A DNA stretch of 64,000 nt. Origin: Isurus oxyrinchus. Its lineage: Eukaryota. Below the pieces are notes generated by a model that searched no databases, had not been told where the DNA came from, and worked only from the letters and a program-made list of their open reading frames with translations. Shown here piece after piece: positions 1 to 14,170 of this stretch. A program made the position numbers and the translations under genes. How positions within the stretch are numbered: the stretch's first letter is position 1; every line of letters starts with the position of its first letter. The stretch lies in assembly GCA_026770705.1 (NCBI GenBank), contig JANJGN010000026.1:29636001-29700000 (forward strand). The letters are read 5' to 3'.

Positions 1-345
1 ACATAGATTGGGTCTCAGACGGCAACATCGCGCTTTTAATAATGTCTCCCTTCCTGTTTTGAAATCCCTTCGCTTCCTCGCCTCTCCTAATCCCTCCAGC
101 TACAACTATCTGAGACCTCAGCGCACGTCTGCTCTCTTTTATATCTCTGAAATTCACTGCTCCATGAGTAGCGGTTATGCCTGGAGTTTCTGAGGCCCTC
201 ATCTCTTTAATTCCCGTCCGCAGCGGCTCCGCCTCTCATTCCTTCTTTAGGAAGTTTCTTATAACCAAAATCTTTGATCAAACTTTGGGTTAAATATCTC
301 TTCCTGATGTTCGATATTAAATGTATTTGTTCAGGCTCCTGTGAA
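1..345 (+). mobile_element. L2-type LINE 3' fragment
   Basis: Degenerate end of L2 ORF2/3'UTR (acatagattgg...tttgaaatccct...ctcctgtgaagc), homologous to 10860-11340 and 16540-17285. Confidence 0.55.
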
Positions 346-1779
346 GCATCCCCACCATACGCACGGCAGTGACTGAAGAAACAAACGCAACTCCACCTTT
401 CAAGTGAGAAATAAAGATGAGCGATAAACTTTGACCTTGCCAGTTACACCCACACACTGCGGATAATTAAAACATATTATTATTCGAAATGTGCAAAACC
501 AGCCAGCACAAAACAAAATACATAATAGATTTGCAATTTCGAATCTCCACGAACCTCTTTCAAGCGTTTCTATAATTAATTGCTGAGACTACATTAACAA
601 TCGGGACTGTCCAGTGGGAACTTGCTGTACAATAACTATTATATCCTTTCACAGGTCGAAAAGTGCATTTGTAAAATTACTGAATATACTTTTATATTGT
701 AACTCATCTAATATAATGGTTTCGCTGTAATAATTAGTTTTCTGGTGCTGTAATACAATCTGTGCACGAAAATGCATGCTACAATACTATGATATGCTAT
801 TATTCCGCACATTACTTAAAACTCTGGATTGGATCTGACTATACTAAAAGAAAATCCAGTGTTCAACAATATAACAATATGCAAAGCCATACATTATAGT
901 TCATATTACAGCCATCCAGTAAACGGCATTCCTATAAATTTGCAGCATAATCAATTGAATAACACATTGTAATGCTGCACAATTCACCATAACGCAGTGT
1001 AATCGCATTTAAGGCAGATATATATGCACACACAAACACATATATGTAGGAACCCTGTTGAAGCCCTTGACACACTGATAACACAAAGTTGAAAAAAATC
1101 ACCGATCATGGAACGGGACAGACAAACTTTCTGGAGATTTACAAAAAACGTAAATAACTTATTTGGACCCATCACTTACCAGGGACACCAATAAGAGCGA
1201 GAATGGGATAGCAAATGGCAAAGAAGAGGCCTTTTGCTGGTCTGTACATCGTCTCTCAGAAAAGCAGGGAATTCTCAATGCTATGTACTTTAGTTCTGTG
1301 ACGCATTCAAAGAGTCCCTCATTTATTTCGAATAAGAGTCTCCAGAGGGACAATTAAGTTCTAACATGCACCTTAGTTACAGTTCAGTAAACAAACAGAC
1401 TAACTCATAATTTCATGCCTCCCATTTGCAACATTGGCAAGGTGGATCGTTCCATTATACACTTAGGTCAACTGCTGGCTGCAAATTCTGCTGTTGCCCC
1501 CTCTCCACAAACCATGCGCCTACCACAAGTTGAGCCGCTGATCGAAGATACAGACCTGGGTTTCTATCTCTAGCTAAAAAATGTTTCTTCCCATGTCTGC
1601 CACATTCGCAATTATGTTGTGCTTTTAGGTGGCAGATTATTTGGCAACGTTCTAATTGAGATCGGGGAGTCAATTCGACTAAGGAGTTGCAGACATTTAA
1701 GGAGCAGGGGAAGTCTTGCTGCATTTGTATATGGACTGCTTCAGTACCTGAGGGGTCGTGAATGTTGCTTGAGGCATTG

Positions 1780-1925
1780 GAAACTGAAAAGGCAATGGGC
1801 CCTGATAATATCCTGGCAATAGTACAGAGGATTTGTGCTCCAGAACTTGCTGCGCTCCCAGCTAAGCTGTTCCAGTGCAGCGACAACACTGACATCTACA
1901 TGGCGATATGGAAAATTGCCCTGTA
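1780..1925 (+). mobile_element. Non-LTR retrotransposon RT fragment (same family as 51480-53880)
   Basis: Translates as LEALETEKAMGPDNILAIV..CAPELAALPAKLF..WKIA; near match to 52495-52650. Confidence 0.75.
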
Positions 1926-2049
1926 CGCAAAAGACATTCGGCCGTATGCCTGGGCCCTCACTTCCCTCAGTACCGTCCTCAATTACTTGCTTACATTTTC
2001 AGGTCCCAACATTTCCAGTTGAGGCTACATTGCTACTGCATGTGTAGCA

Positions 2050-2800
2050 CGTCATAATGGAAAGAGAGTAGGGTTTACTCTGGAATGAAATCAGGCATGT
2101 GGGGAGAGCGGGGAACAGGGGAATACGTTCAGGATGGATGTAGATCTATGAATAGAGAACGGGGCGGTGGCAACAGTTTTCAATTAATGCAAAACAATAC
2201 GGGATTATTGTGCTGATTGTGTGGGATTAACATCGGGTTATGGGGAATAAATGGCGAGTAGTATTAGTTTGGGATTTAGACAAGGCTGTGCAGAAAGTGG
2301 GGGGAATTTTATTTACTTTGTATTAATCAAAGGTTATTGGGAGTTATGGATTAATGCGATTTGTTTTAGATGATTATAGGTCTACAGGGAGAGAGAGTTG
2401 GCATGGCATCAGTTTGACAACGGAATATGCAAAACGGTGACTATTGAGATTAATTTGGGATTGAAACAGGTCCATGAGGAGAGAGCAGATCGGTGGGATT
2501 AATTAGGATTAATACCGGCCTCTGTGGAGAGAGCAGGGCAGTGTGGTTAACTTGAGATTGATACAGAGCCATGGGCGCAGCAAGAATGGGTGGGATTAGT
2601 TTAGAATTAACAGAGGACAGTGGGGAGAGAGCGGGGCAGTGGGGTTAGATTAGCATTGAAAGAGGATCATGGGGAAAGCAGCGCAGTCAGATCAGTCTGG
2701 GATTGATATCATAGTACCAGATTTAGCAGGATGTGAGATTACTTGGGGTTGACATAAGGAAAAGAGCTATTGGGTCACAAATCTGGGCAATGTGGAAACA
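2050..2800. repeat. Degenerate G-rich minisatellite (~40-45 bp unit)
   Basis: Recurrent ggggagagagcggggcagtgggattagtttgggattga-like units. Confidence 0.6.
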
Positions 2801-3139
2801 GGTTTATATAACATAAGCGAATGGCTTCGGTATGTGCCATTTACCTTCCATTTATTATTGGGTGAGATCACAATTTCTTTATGTAGACACTTGCATATGC
2901 TCAAGGAGGGGCACAATGTCAACACAGATGTCAATTCTCGTTGTTTGTTGCTTTTACTGGCCTAATGGAGTTTGCTACGAAATCCTGTTTGCATCGATGA
3001 ATTATGCAGTTGTAATGTCAGCAGCTAATAAGATCTGTGTGTTTATGTTAAACAAGACGATCCTTTTCAGTTTTATATGTGTTTTTTTTTAAAGACAGTG
3101 CTCTCACAAACAAATAACAACCTATTCCTCATCTCAGAA

Positions 3140-4140
3140 TAACAGCAACTTGCATTTAGCTAACGTATCTAGCACAATAATATCTCCAAAGGCGCTTCTC
3201 AGGAGCGAAGATAAATTTGGCACCAAACCATATCAGGAGGTATCAAGAAAGATGACCAAAAATTTAATCAGTGAATTCTAAACAACGTCGAAAAGGAAGA
3301 GAAGAGAGGTCGAAAGATGGAGAGGTTTAGAAAGGGATTATCAGAGTTTAGAGCCTAGGCAGCTGATAACCCCACCGCACAACCTAGAGTGATTAATGAA
3401 GGGATGTGTCAGAGGCTGCAATTGGTCAATTGCAGTTATCAGCAACCTGTGATCTGAGGAGTTATCATAGGTAAATATTGGCGAGGCCTCGTAAGGAATG
3501 GGAAACAAAGACAGGAATTATAAATTTGAGTTCTTAATTTAGAATAACAAAAACAGAGGTGGTGGATCAACAAGATTGAATTGCGTTTTCGGATATGATT
3601 AGCAGAGTTTTGGATGAAGTCAAATTTTCGGAGGGTGGGAGCTGGGAGTGCAACCAAGAAAGAATTTTAATAATCATGTCTAGCAGCAACAACAGCCTCG
3701 ATGAGGCTTTCATCAACTGGTGAGCTCAGGCAGCAGCAGAGTTGAGAAATATGCAGAATATGAATGTCTACCTTCTTGGGTTTGGCGTGGATATGTGATT
3801 GGGAGCTGATATCAAGGCTTATCTGACGCCAAGGTTGTGAACGACCTGGTTCAGCCTCAGAAGGTAGGCAAGGGGAGGATGGTGTTGGTGCTTAATAAAT
3901 GGAGTTTGTGTTGAGGACCGAAGACAATGGGTTGGGTTTTCCCAATATCAAGCTGGAGGTACTCCCGCCTTTCCAATACTGGGGGTCACAAAATGATATC
4001 CGGCAGTTTAGAGACAGTGGAGAGGCCGCGAGAGATAGTGGTGAGTCAAAAAACAAAAATACCAGCATGAACCTGATGTTGCTTTCCCAGGTGATGTCGC
4101 TGAGGGGCATAATGTACATGAGAAATCGCAGATAGCCAGG
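3140..4140 (-). mobile_element. Decayed L2-type LINE fragment
   Basis: Reverse complement of the L2 3' end (caacttgcatttagc...ggcgct...agatgaccaaaa...ggagaggttta) followed by degraded RT-like sequence. Confidence 0.5.
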
Positions 4141-5169
4141 CTTACAAATACATGTTTAGTATTGTCAATAATGAAAAAAAAAACAACCAAAGGTTTAGTG
4201 CAATAACCTGACTTTATTCACTCAGAATCCTAAACGTGGACATTTCCTGTCCCTATCGATCAATCATCCAAGAAACAGTTATAAAAGCAGGCAGGGCGAG
4301 GAGATGCCCCATTTGAAACGATAGAATATTTCCTCACTGGCCAAACTCGCAGAAAGTCACTCGCCATTCTGTCTCAGGTGATAGCTTATTTTAACCCCTG
4401 CACACACAGGCCCAGTATCTGTAAGGCCCATGATATGACTTTTCTAAGCATGCCCCTAACATAAAGTAGCATTGCAATTGTTAACTTAATCATGACTGAA
4501 TGATAAAGGAAGGGAGAAATGACAAGGTAGCCATGAGATGATGCCCACAAGCCATGAACAGAGCCCCCTAATAGACTAAACCCTGCTAATTACGTGCTAA
4601 TAATAACATAAGAAAATTGTGTGAGACAAGATCCGAATGATAAACTTTAAATTGGAGACTATTATTTTATATGCTCTTGGTATATTTCTCCCCTGGCTCG
4701 ACAATCCCGTTCTACATCGAGACTACAATTGGCTCACTGTGTGAAACTCCAGCCGACCTGTATTGGCAAGAGAACAAATTAAAAACGATATTGCATGCAT
4801 CAGGCACTCAATGGCTATTCGTGTCCCACAGTACCAGAATCCCATTGAGATAGACTTACAAACCCTGTTTGATGTTTTATTTAGGATGGCACACTCTCAG
4901 TATGTTACTAGGATTGTAAACCACCTGGCAGGCTGGATTTATAGACCTCACCTCGCTTTCAACTTCGTTCCATTTGTCCTTTCTCACTCAATGTTATGGT
5001 ACATCAGCGGCATACGTTAGCTTATGTAATACGGTACAATCACTGACAATTATATTTGCTACTAATTGACACCAATAATTTCGGCTTTGAATAATTTTTC
5101 CTACTAATCAACATTTAAAGAGTAGGGCTACAAGAGTAATTAATTAACAAATTGAATAAAAGAGGATAG

Positions 5170-8100
5170 CAATGGCAGGGCTGTAGAGAGGGCTTTAAAC
5201 TAAATAAAGTTGGGGGAGGGTGTGCGGAGCGTTCTGGAGAGGAGATAAATGGGCTGAAAAAGCAAAGTGGTATGGCGGCATTGCAGGGCAGCTACTTAGG
5301 AAATGATACCCAGAGTGTGATTGGTAGGTACAGAGTGTACAAATATTTTTTAAAAAGCAGCAAATAGAGTCTAAGAGGGAAAAATGGTTTAAAAAAGGCA
5401 CAATCAATGGTTCTTACTTAAACACATCTAGTATTTTGAACAAAATAAATGAATTAACGGCGCAAATAAATGTTAATGGGCATTATCTTATAGTCATTAC
5501 AGAGACATGGTTACAAGGAGATCAACACTGGGAACGAAACGTTTAGGGGAATGTGGCTTTTCGAATGGACAGGCAGGTGGAAAAGGTAGTGGGCAGTTTT
5601 GTTAGTACAAGATGGAATAAGTACGATAGCAAGGAATGATCTTGATCGGAAAATGTGGAATCCATATGGGTGGATGTAAGAAATAAAGACATTGGTAGGA
5701 GTAGTCCATAGGGCCCCTAATAGTAACTATGCTGTTGGACAGAGAATGAGTCAGGGAATAATGAGGGCATGTAAAAAAGGCAGTGTATTAATCATGAGTG
5801 ACTTGAATCTCCATGTCGTTTGGGAAAATCAAATTAGCAGAGGTAGCCACGAGGAATAATTCATCGAGTGTATTCGGGACAGTTTCCTGGAATAATATTC
5901 TTAGGATCCAACCAGGGATCAGACTATGTTGCATCAGGTAATGTGTCATGAGGCAGGTTTAATAAATGATCTCAGAGTAAAAGATCCCCGAGGAAACAGT
6001 GAACATAACATGGTGGAATTTGGCATTCAGTTTGAGAATGAGAAACTTAGTTCGGAAACACTTGTGCTAATCATAAATAAGGGTAATTACAAAGATATTG
6101 GGGCTGAGTTGGCTGTAGTAGACTGGGAAAGGAGTTTAGCAGGAAAGATGGTTGATGAACAATGGCAGACGTTTAAAGATTTAATATATGACTCACAACA
6201 ACGATATATCACAGTGAGGAAGAAGGATTGTAGCAAGGTGATAAACCAACCAGGGTTAACCAAGAAAGTTAAAGACTATACCAAAGTGAAAGAAAAACAT
6301 GCAATGAGGCGAATATTATGGTAAGCCAGAGGATTGGCAAAGTTGTAAAAAGCAACATAAAATTACTAAAAAAAAAATAGAGAGGGAGAAAATAAATTTT
6401 GAGGGCAAACTAGCAAGTAGTATAAAAACGGACAGTAAGAACATCTTTAAATATATAAAAAGGCCAAAGTCAATATAGGCCCCTTAAAGAATGAGGCTCG
6501 GAAAATATTAATGGGGAACCAAGAAATGGCAGAGGAGTTGAATAAATGCTTTGCGTCAGCTTCACGTTAGGAATCACTAATAGCATACCAGAAATATTAA
6601 ATAATCATGAGGAAATATGGGGAGGAAATAAATACACTAAATGTCACTGGAAAGAAAGTGCTGGGGAAAATAATCGGGCTAAAGCCTGATGGACTGAATC
6701 ACAGGATATTAAAGGAAACAACTGCAGAGGTAATGGATGCACTGGTATTAATCTCCCAAGAGCCCTTAGATTCTGGAAAACCCCAAGAGGATTGGAAAAT
6801 TGAAAATGTAACACCCTTCAAAAAGGGAGCGAGACAAATAAAAGGTAACTATCGGCCAGTTAGCTTAACATCTGTCATTGGGAAAATGTTGGAGTCTCTT
6901 ATAAAGAATGTAATAGCAGAGCATTTAGAAATACATAATCTAATCCAGCAGAATAAGCATGGTTTCATGAAGGGGAAATCATGTCTGACATGTTTAGTAG
7001 AATTCTTTGAGGTGGTAACAAGCAAGATAGATAAAGGGAAACCTGTAGATGTAATATGTTTGGATTTCCAAAAGGCGTTCGATAAGGTAGCACACATAAG
7101 GCTGCTTAATAAGGTAAGAGCCCATGGTGTTCATGGTACTGTATTAGCATGGATAGAGGACAGGCTAACTAATTGAAGACAGAGAGTTGGGATACAGGAC
7201 CCATTTTCAGGATGGCAAACTGTAACTAGTGGAGAGCCACAGGGATCAGTCCTGGTGCCACAATTATTTACAATATATATTAATGACTTGGATGAGGGAA
7301 GTGGATATACTATTGCCAAGTTTGCACATGGCACAAAAATAGTTCGGAAGGCAAGAGGTGAGGATGACACAAAGAGTCTACAGAGGGATATAAGCAGATT
7401 AAGTGAATGGGCAAAAAGGTGGCAGATGGAATATAATGTGGGAAAATGTGAGGCTATGCACTTTGGCAGGGAGAATAGCGGAATTGATTATTATTTAAAT
7501 GGGGAAAGACTGAAGAAAGCTGCAGTGCAGAGGGACTCGGGTGTCCTCCTGCATGAGTTCCAAAAAGCGAGCAGTGTTCAGCAGGTAACAGGGAAGGCAA
7601 ATGGAATGTCGGCCTTTATTTCAAAGGGAATGGAATATAAAAATGGTGAAGTCTTGCTAAAACTGTACATGGCACTACTTAGATCACACTTAGAAAGCAG
7701 TGAACAATTTTGGTCTCCTTTTTTAAGGAAAGATATACTGACATTTGAGGCAGTCCAGAGAAGGTTCACTGGGTTGAGCCAGGGGATGGAGAGATTTTCT
7801 TATGAGGAGGGGTTGAGTAGTTTGGATCTGTACTCACTGGCGTTTAGAAGAATGAGAGGCGACCTTATTGAAACATGTAACATCTTTTGCAGGGGCTTGA
7901 CAGGGTAGTTGCCGAGAGGGTATTCCCCTTGTGAGAGAGACTAGGGCCAGAGGGCATCAACTCAGAGTAAGGGGATGCCTACTTAAAACAAAGATGAGGA
8001 GAAACATCTTCTCTCAGAGGGCAGTGAATCTGTGGGATTCTTTGCCACAGAGGACTGTAGAGGCTGGGCCGTTAAGTAAATTCAAGGCTGAGATAGAAAG

Positions 8101-8250
8101 ATTTTTAATCAGTAAGGGAATCAAGGGCTTTGGGAAAAGGCAGGAAAGTGGAGTTCAGGGTTATCAGATCATCCACGATATTGTTGAATGGCGGAACAGA
8201 CGCGATGGGCCGAATGGCCTACTTCTGTTCCTATGCTTTATGGTGTTATT
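5170..8250 (+). mobile_element. Near full-length CR1-type LINE ORF2 (APE endonuclease + reverse transcriptase), frameshifted
   Basis: ORFs 5926-8284 carry GNSEHNMVEF, GNYRPVSLTS, LDFQKAFDKV, LFTIYINDL, KFAHGTK (FADDTK) and CR1 C-terminal RGH...FSQR..NLW motifs. Confidence 0.92.
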
Positions 8251-8984
8251 AATCTTGCATTTGTTATTTCAAAGCAGTAATTGAACAACATGAAGCTTTG
8301 TATACTCAACAACATTTACAATGCTGGAAAGTTGTTGTGAGGCTGATGAGCTTATGGCAGTTACAAGTTCTTTAAAGTCCTGGATTTTAGTTTTGCCAGA
8401 TTGTCCTCGGCTGCTGTTATCGTAAGAAAGCAGGGTGACGTCACAGAAATTCCACAATTATTATTCTCCCAATAATGAGCCTGGAACGCCAAATGCTGGG
8501 TGGCAATTTGCTCTGTGCTCTCTGTGGGTGCAGATAGTTAGCTAGCTAAACGGAGATATTCAGAGAATGACTTAAATATTAGTAGGTAACGAGGTAAATC
8601 GATGCATCAACAGATACAAAGAAAGAAAGGTAGCAAGTAATTGGTAGTGGGTGGAGTTACATAGAGAGTTAATAAAAACGCTAGTGGGTCTACAGGGAGA
8701 CAGAGAGAACAATATACAAACAGGTCGATAACTAAAACGAGAATAACAATATGAGCATTTAGGAATGATAGTTACACGTAAAAATACTACTAACAGAAAA
8801 TACTTGTCAATGACTGCATAGCGCTCAAGATGAAGATGCTTTAATTTGTACAGCATCCCCTCAGTTGAAAATTCTGGTCCAAATTAAAGTTAGTCAGGAT
8901 GTAACAACTGTTGAATAATGTGGAAAAATATAAAGATATATTATCCAATGTCAGTTCAGACTTACTATGAGATTCAGTTCTCTT

Positions 8985-9932
8985 ACACGATTGGGAAATT
9001 TGCAGATGACACAAAAATTGGCCGAGTAGTGGATAATGTAGAGGATAGCCAAAATCTCCAAAGACAATGTAGATGGGTTGGTGGAGTGGGCGGTAAAGTG
9101 GCAGATGGATTTTTACATAAAGAAGTGTGAGGTCATACATTTATGGAGGTCAAACAGTTACAAGGATTACACAATAAATGGGAATATAATAAGAGGGGTA
9201 GATGAAGTGAGAGATCTTGGCATGCAAGTGCACAGGTCCCTGAAGGCAGCAGTTCAAGTAGACAAAGCTGTAAAGAAAGCATATGGAATGCTCTCCTTCA
9301 TTGGCAGAGGTATAGTACATAAACGTAAGGATATAATGTTGGAATTGTATAAAACACTGGTGAGGCCTCAACTGGAGTATTGTGTGCAGTTCTGATCACC
9401 ACATTACAGGAAGGACGTAATCGCTCTGGAGAGAGTGCAGAGGAGGCTTACAAGAATGATGCCAGGATTAGAAAAGAGTAGCTACAAGGAGAGATTGGAT
9501 AGGTTGGCGTTATTTTCTTTAGAAGAAAGAAGGCTGAAAGCTGACTTGATTGAGGTATACATAATGATGAGGGGAATAGATGGAGTGGACAGGATAAAAT
9601 TGTTTCCCTTGGTGGAGAATTCTAGAACCAGGGGACATAGATTCAAGATAAGTGGCAGAAGCTGTAGGGGGGACATGAGGAAGAACGTTCTTATGCAGAG
9701 GCTAGTGGATGTCTGGAATTCGCTGACCAACTTGGTGGTAGTGGCAGAAACTCTAAATTCTTTGAAAAAGTACCTGGATCTGCACCTAAAGTGCTGTAAG
9801 CTGCAGGGCTATGGGCCGGGTGCAGGAAGGTGGGAGTAGAAAGGGCACCAGGGTGTCCGCAGGCTGGCATGGACAAGATGGGCCGTATGGTCTCCTTTTG
9901 ACCCATAACTTTTCTATGGTTCTATGGTTCTA
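8985..9932 (+). mobile_element. 5'-truncated CR1 LINE
   Basis: KFADDTKIG, LYKTLVRPQLEYCVQF, LFSLEERRL; ends in a (ctatggtt)n tail. Confidence 0.9.
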
Positions 9933-10169
9933 CACGCAGATCCCATTCCATGTGGTGAGGTTTGGTGAAATGCGGATTTTAAGCTGCAGATACCCAATAG
10001 ATTCTTCTGGTGGCCGAATCGGGAATTGCTGAAATTATCGAGGAAGCGAAATGCGACAAAAAGGTGGATGTGATCAGAGTTTTTGTAAAAGTATTCAAAA
10101 TTCTGTTAACCAATTTCTTTGCGAGGGAGATACTTGTCTAAATTGTTTCTGCTAAGTCATCTCCCAAAC

Positions 10170-10392
10170 AGAGATTTCTGTGCATTGACTGGTGTTTCTC
10201 AGTTCCCACTCCCCCAAGGAGATACTGTACACTGACTGGTGTCTCTCAGTTCCAGTTCCCCTGGGTGATATCTGTACAATGACTGGTGTCTCTCATGCCC
10301 CTCTCTGTCAGCGAGATATCTTTACACTGACTGGTGTCTGTCCGTATATCTCACTCAGTGAGATATATGAACACTGAGTGGCATCTCTCATG
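10170..10392. repeat. ~40-bp degenerate minisatellite (gagatatctgtacactgactggtgtctctcagt)
   Basis: About 5 units; the same unit forms arrays at 29140-29680 and 36320-36560. Confidence 0.65.
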
Positions 10393-10399
10393 GTGAAAT

Positions 10400-11340
10400 T
10401 CTGTTAAAACTCAACCTAGCATTGCTAGACAGATTAGGGTTCACCAAAACATTAATAGAACCTCATTCATCCCCGGAGCCCATGCTCCGTTTTAACTTTA
10501 TGCTTTCCTAATCCCCCCGTTCCTGCACTCTGTTTACCCTTACACAGTTTCTGTTCGCCAATTCCTATTGTCTGCTCAACATCTCCTGTCTCTATGCATC
10601 CATCTTCGATTTCGACTTACCCATCCCTACTCTCTCTCACTGTTCGTGAAGTTTGCCCCAGTCACTGTCCATGCTCCTTCAAAAGCTGGAAATTACCCAA
10701 CTCTTTTCCATCCACCCCCACTTGGCAGTATTTTCATTGCGATTTGGAGTCATTCTACCATTACCCATGAACGATGCTGACGTCTGGGAATGTCGACATG
10801 GACTTACAGATGAACCTGTTTCACCAGCAGCAATTGTGTTAACTCGCAGCAAATCCAGTACTTCTACCACCCCTTTGTTCTCTGACGTACATTGGTTCAA
10901 GGTCAAACAACTTCTTGATTTTAAAATTCTCAGCGTTACTTTTAAATCCCTCCAAGTCCCTGTCACTTTCTATCTCTGCAATCACTTCCAAACCCGCAAG
11001 CCTTCGAGTTATCAGCTCTCCACTAATTCTGGCCTCTTGTGCATCTACAAGTATAAATTGCTCCAACATATGTCACCGTGATATTATTTCCCTAGGCTCA
11101 GTGCCCTTGAATATCCTTCCTGCACTTCTCCATCTCCTTACCCCACTTTCCTCCTTAAGGCCGTCCTTAAAACCGACCTCTTTGACCAAGCGTTTGGCCA
11201 GCTGATCCTGTATTTCTGTAACACGTCTTGATGTCATATTTAGTTCTATCATGCTCCCGTGAAGCACCTTGGACCTTTTCATTACGTTAATTGCGCTATA
11301 TAAACATATGTTGTCCAGGCTATTGTTTTTGCTGTTGTTG
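10400..11340 (+). mobile_element. L2-type LINE 3' portion
   Basis: TTPLFSDVHWFKVKQLLDFKILSVTFKSL..YL motif; L2-like 3' end tacgttaattgcgctatataa...gttg. Confidence 0.65.
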
Positions 11341-11529
11341 TGCATAGTCAAGTGTGCAAGTACAAGAGGAAAAGGAGAGTTTTCATGGAGCCCCCGTCTT
11401 CAAAGAGAAACTGTTGGGATCAATGACCTTTTGTAGTGCCTCGGATGCGATTGGTGCATGTCTTCTATATGTCATGGACTCCTCGAGTTCCTGGCAACTC
11501 CCACAATGAATAGCATTCCTGATGTGAAT

Positions 11530-12908
11530 TGTAAGGAAGATACAATAATTCTCACAGCGTTATTGGAATTTATTGTAAAATAGAGTAATTGTGGGATGTG
11601 TCTGTGTGTCTATATGTAGTTTTTGTGTGTGATAGGGACACTTAATTGAATTGTAAGAAGAGATATTAGCTTTGAAATGTTAATTAGGTGAACATGGCGA
11701 AACCCGACTGATTCCTGGGATGGCGGGACTGACATAAGAAAAGAGATTGAGTCCATTAGGATCATACTCGCTGGGGTTTCAAAGATTGAGGAGTGGGGGG
11801 GGGGTGGTCTCATAGAAACCCATAAATATCTAACAGGACTAGACAGGGTAGATGCAGGAAGGATGTTCCCGGTGCTGGGGGAGTCCAGAACCAGGGGTCA
11901 CAGTCTGAGGATATAGGGTAGACCATTTAGGACTGAGATGAGGAGAAATTTCTGAACCCACAGAGTAGTGAGCTTGTGGACTTCATTACCACGGAAAGTA
12001 GTTGAGACCAAAACATTGTATGCTTTCAAGAAGGAGTTAGATATAGCTCTTGGGGCGAAAGGGATCAAAGGGTGTGGGGAGAAAGCGGGAGCAGGCTATT
12101 GAGTTGGATGATCAGCCATGATCATAGTGAATGGCGGAGCAGGCTCGAAGGGCCGAATATCCTACTCCTGCTCTTAGTTTTTATGTTTCTATGTTTAGAA
12201 TCATAGGTATCAAGGGAATATTTGCATTTTAAAAAAAAAACCAGACTAGATTGTTTTCAAAAGAGGGCATGAAATGTGTCACCTCGCCAGGTGTAGCTTA
12301 GAAACAGTGTATTTGCATATTCCCAAAGATTACTGGTAAAACATAGAGCTATGAGAGATTTTTTTATTTTCAGAAAAATGAAGTCCAAAAACCTAGTGAA
12401 ACAATGGGAGATTTCATTCAAAGGGGAAAATATGCATAAAGGAGCAAAGGCTGTGTGTAGGTTAGGCATTTTGAGGTCTAACAAAGGTGAGAAGCCTTCA
12501 GCATCTATGCCTCAAACTACGGTCTCCAGTGGACTGAAGCTAAGAGAACTCACTTTGAATTCGACTTGTTCAGGGTATCATGTTTCTTTGCCTGGGTCTT
12601 TTAAAATCTATGCATCTTATTGTTGCCTTAACGGAAGTGTAACTGGGAGTTAGATTAATTAGGGTGGTTAGAAGTTATCATAGTAGTAATTTGCAGATCT
12701 ATGTATGTATTTAAGATTATTCCTCCTTTTAATAAGTGTTTAATCTAGTTTTGTAAAAAAGCTATAAGACTTGGGGGCCTTATTACTCCTGAATTCAAGG
12801 CATTCATCTCGAAATTTATGCAAACTGCAAAACAAGTTGTGGCAATTGTTTCAAAGTCTCCTTTGGGATTTGAACAACTCTTCATTTAACATCGGTAGTG
12901 TCATAACA
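11530..12908 (+). mobile_element. Possible solo LTR interrupted by a CR1 fragment
   Basis: Non-coding block with TGTAAG...ATAACA-like ends flanking the CR1 piece; target-site duplication imperfect (gaat/gcat). Confidence 0.3.
11695..12196 (+). mobile_element. CR1 LINE 3' end
   Basis: Typical CR1 C-terminus and 3'UTR (gaatggcggagcaggctcgaagggccgaat), ttatgtttctatgttt tail. Confidence 0.85.
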
Positions 12909-13619
12909 GCATCCAAATAAAATTTCAGTGTTGACTTGTGTATAATCCAGCCCAGACACAGGGCCGTTCAAGTTTAACTGATAGGCATTGGTTTGAGCCA
13001 TTGGTCAGATATTGACATTTGACCATCGAGGGCCAGGGGTCAAATGCATCACAAACAGGTGGGATAAATGTTTACACCCTCTTCTGGTGCAGCAGCCCCG
13101 TCCTGGGTTGTATCAGTTGTCAGTGCAGGCTGAAATTTCCATACTCTGATACATTTCCATAGTATAAACACAAACTGCAAACAAGTGTTGACCGTCCATG
13201 GCAACCAACCCGCGATATTCAAAGCAATCATTCACTGCTAAGCATTTTTTCTTATCTTTGATGTTTGTGATCTGCAAAGTAATATCAAGCTCTTTCCAGC
13301 TATCTGTCAATTTAGCCATCTTGCCTGTGATCGACAAGTATTGATCAATCTTTGTTCTCTACTTATCTTTGCATCAACATTTTCCTCCATATTTTGTTTC
13401 TATTTATTTTGTGTCAGCTATCTATCTCAAAGCTAAATAACTTACTGTCGCTCTGTCTATCTTATTATGTATATATATATATTCATCCGCATCTCGCTAT
13501 TTAATTAAATATTTTCACGTTATCCATTTTATATCAATCAATCTATCTATCTATTAATATTTACCTATGCATCACGCTTCAAGCTGCCTATCTATGCACA
13601 AGCTGTGGTGGAAGTGCTG

Positions 13620-13712
13620 ATGGAGAGTGATACATAGTTAGACAGAGAGAAGGAGAGGGAGAGGGAAGGAAAGGGAGAGAGATGGAGAGAGGGAGAGAGA
13701 GAGTGAGTGAGG

Positions 13713-13759
<47 letters not shown>

Positions 13760-13785
13760 GGACAGAGTGACAGTGAGAGAGTTGA
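13620..13785. repeat. (GA)n-rich microsatellite
   Basis: Directly visible. Confidence 0.9.
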
Positions 13786-13949
13786 TATATAGGAGGACAA
13801 GAAATGGAAATTTCAATGAAGAGCCTGTCAGGTGCTTAGAGTCCATAATAATATGACCAGTGTCAGGGAGGAGGTAGGGCAAGAGGGTTGCACATCACGT
13901 TGTACTGATACCTGATCTACTGATACCTGATCAGGATCAGAGCAAACGA

Positions 13950-14170
13950 CTGCAATAGTGTAATGAGTGACTCGGGGGCGAGTGGAAGAGGGCAAGAGGA
14001 TTGAATCTCAGGTTGTACTGACCCTTTGTTTACTGCAGGACCAGGCCAAGAGTCCCTAATAATGTAATGAGTGAGACGGGGGAGGGGGGCGGGTTGGTGG
14101 GGGGAGGGGGGGGGGGGGGTGGGCAGAAGGCACGAGAATTGAATCTCAGGTTGTACTGATGCCTTGTCAA
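13950..14170. repeat. Short tandem duplication within a SINE-like repeat
   Basis: gtaatgagtga...gattgaatctcaggttgtactga occurs twice (about 13960-14020 and 14064-14159). Confidence 0.5.

Noticed and set aside
4690-4760. CACAGTG heptamer on the minus strand (~4737-4743) after an acceptor-like site
   Set aside because: No nonamer at 12 or 23 bp and no V, D or J coding features
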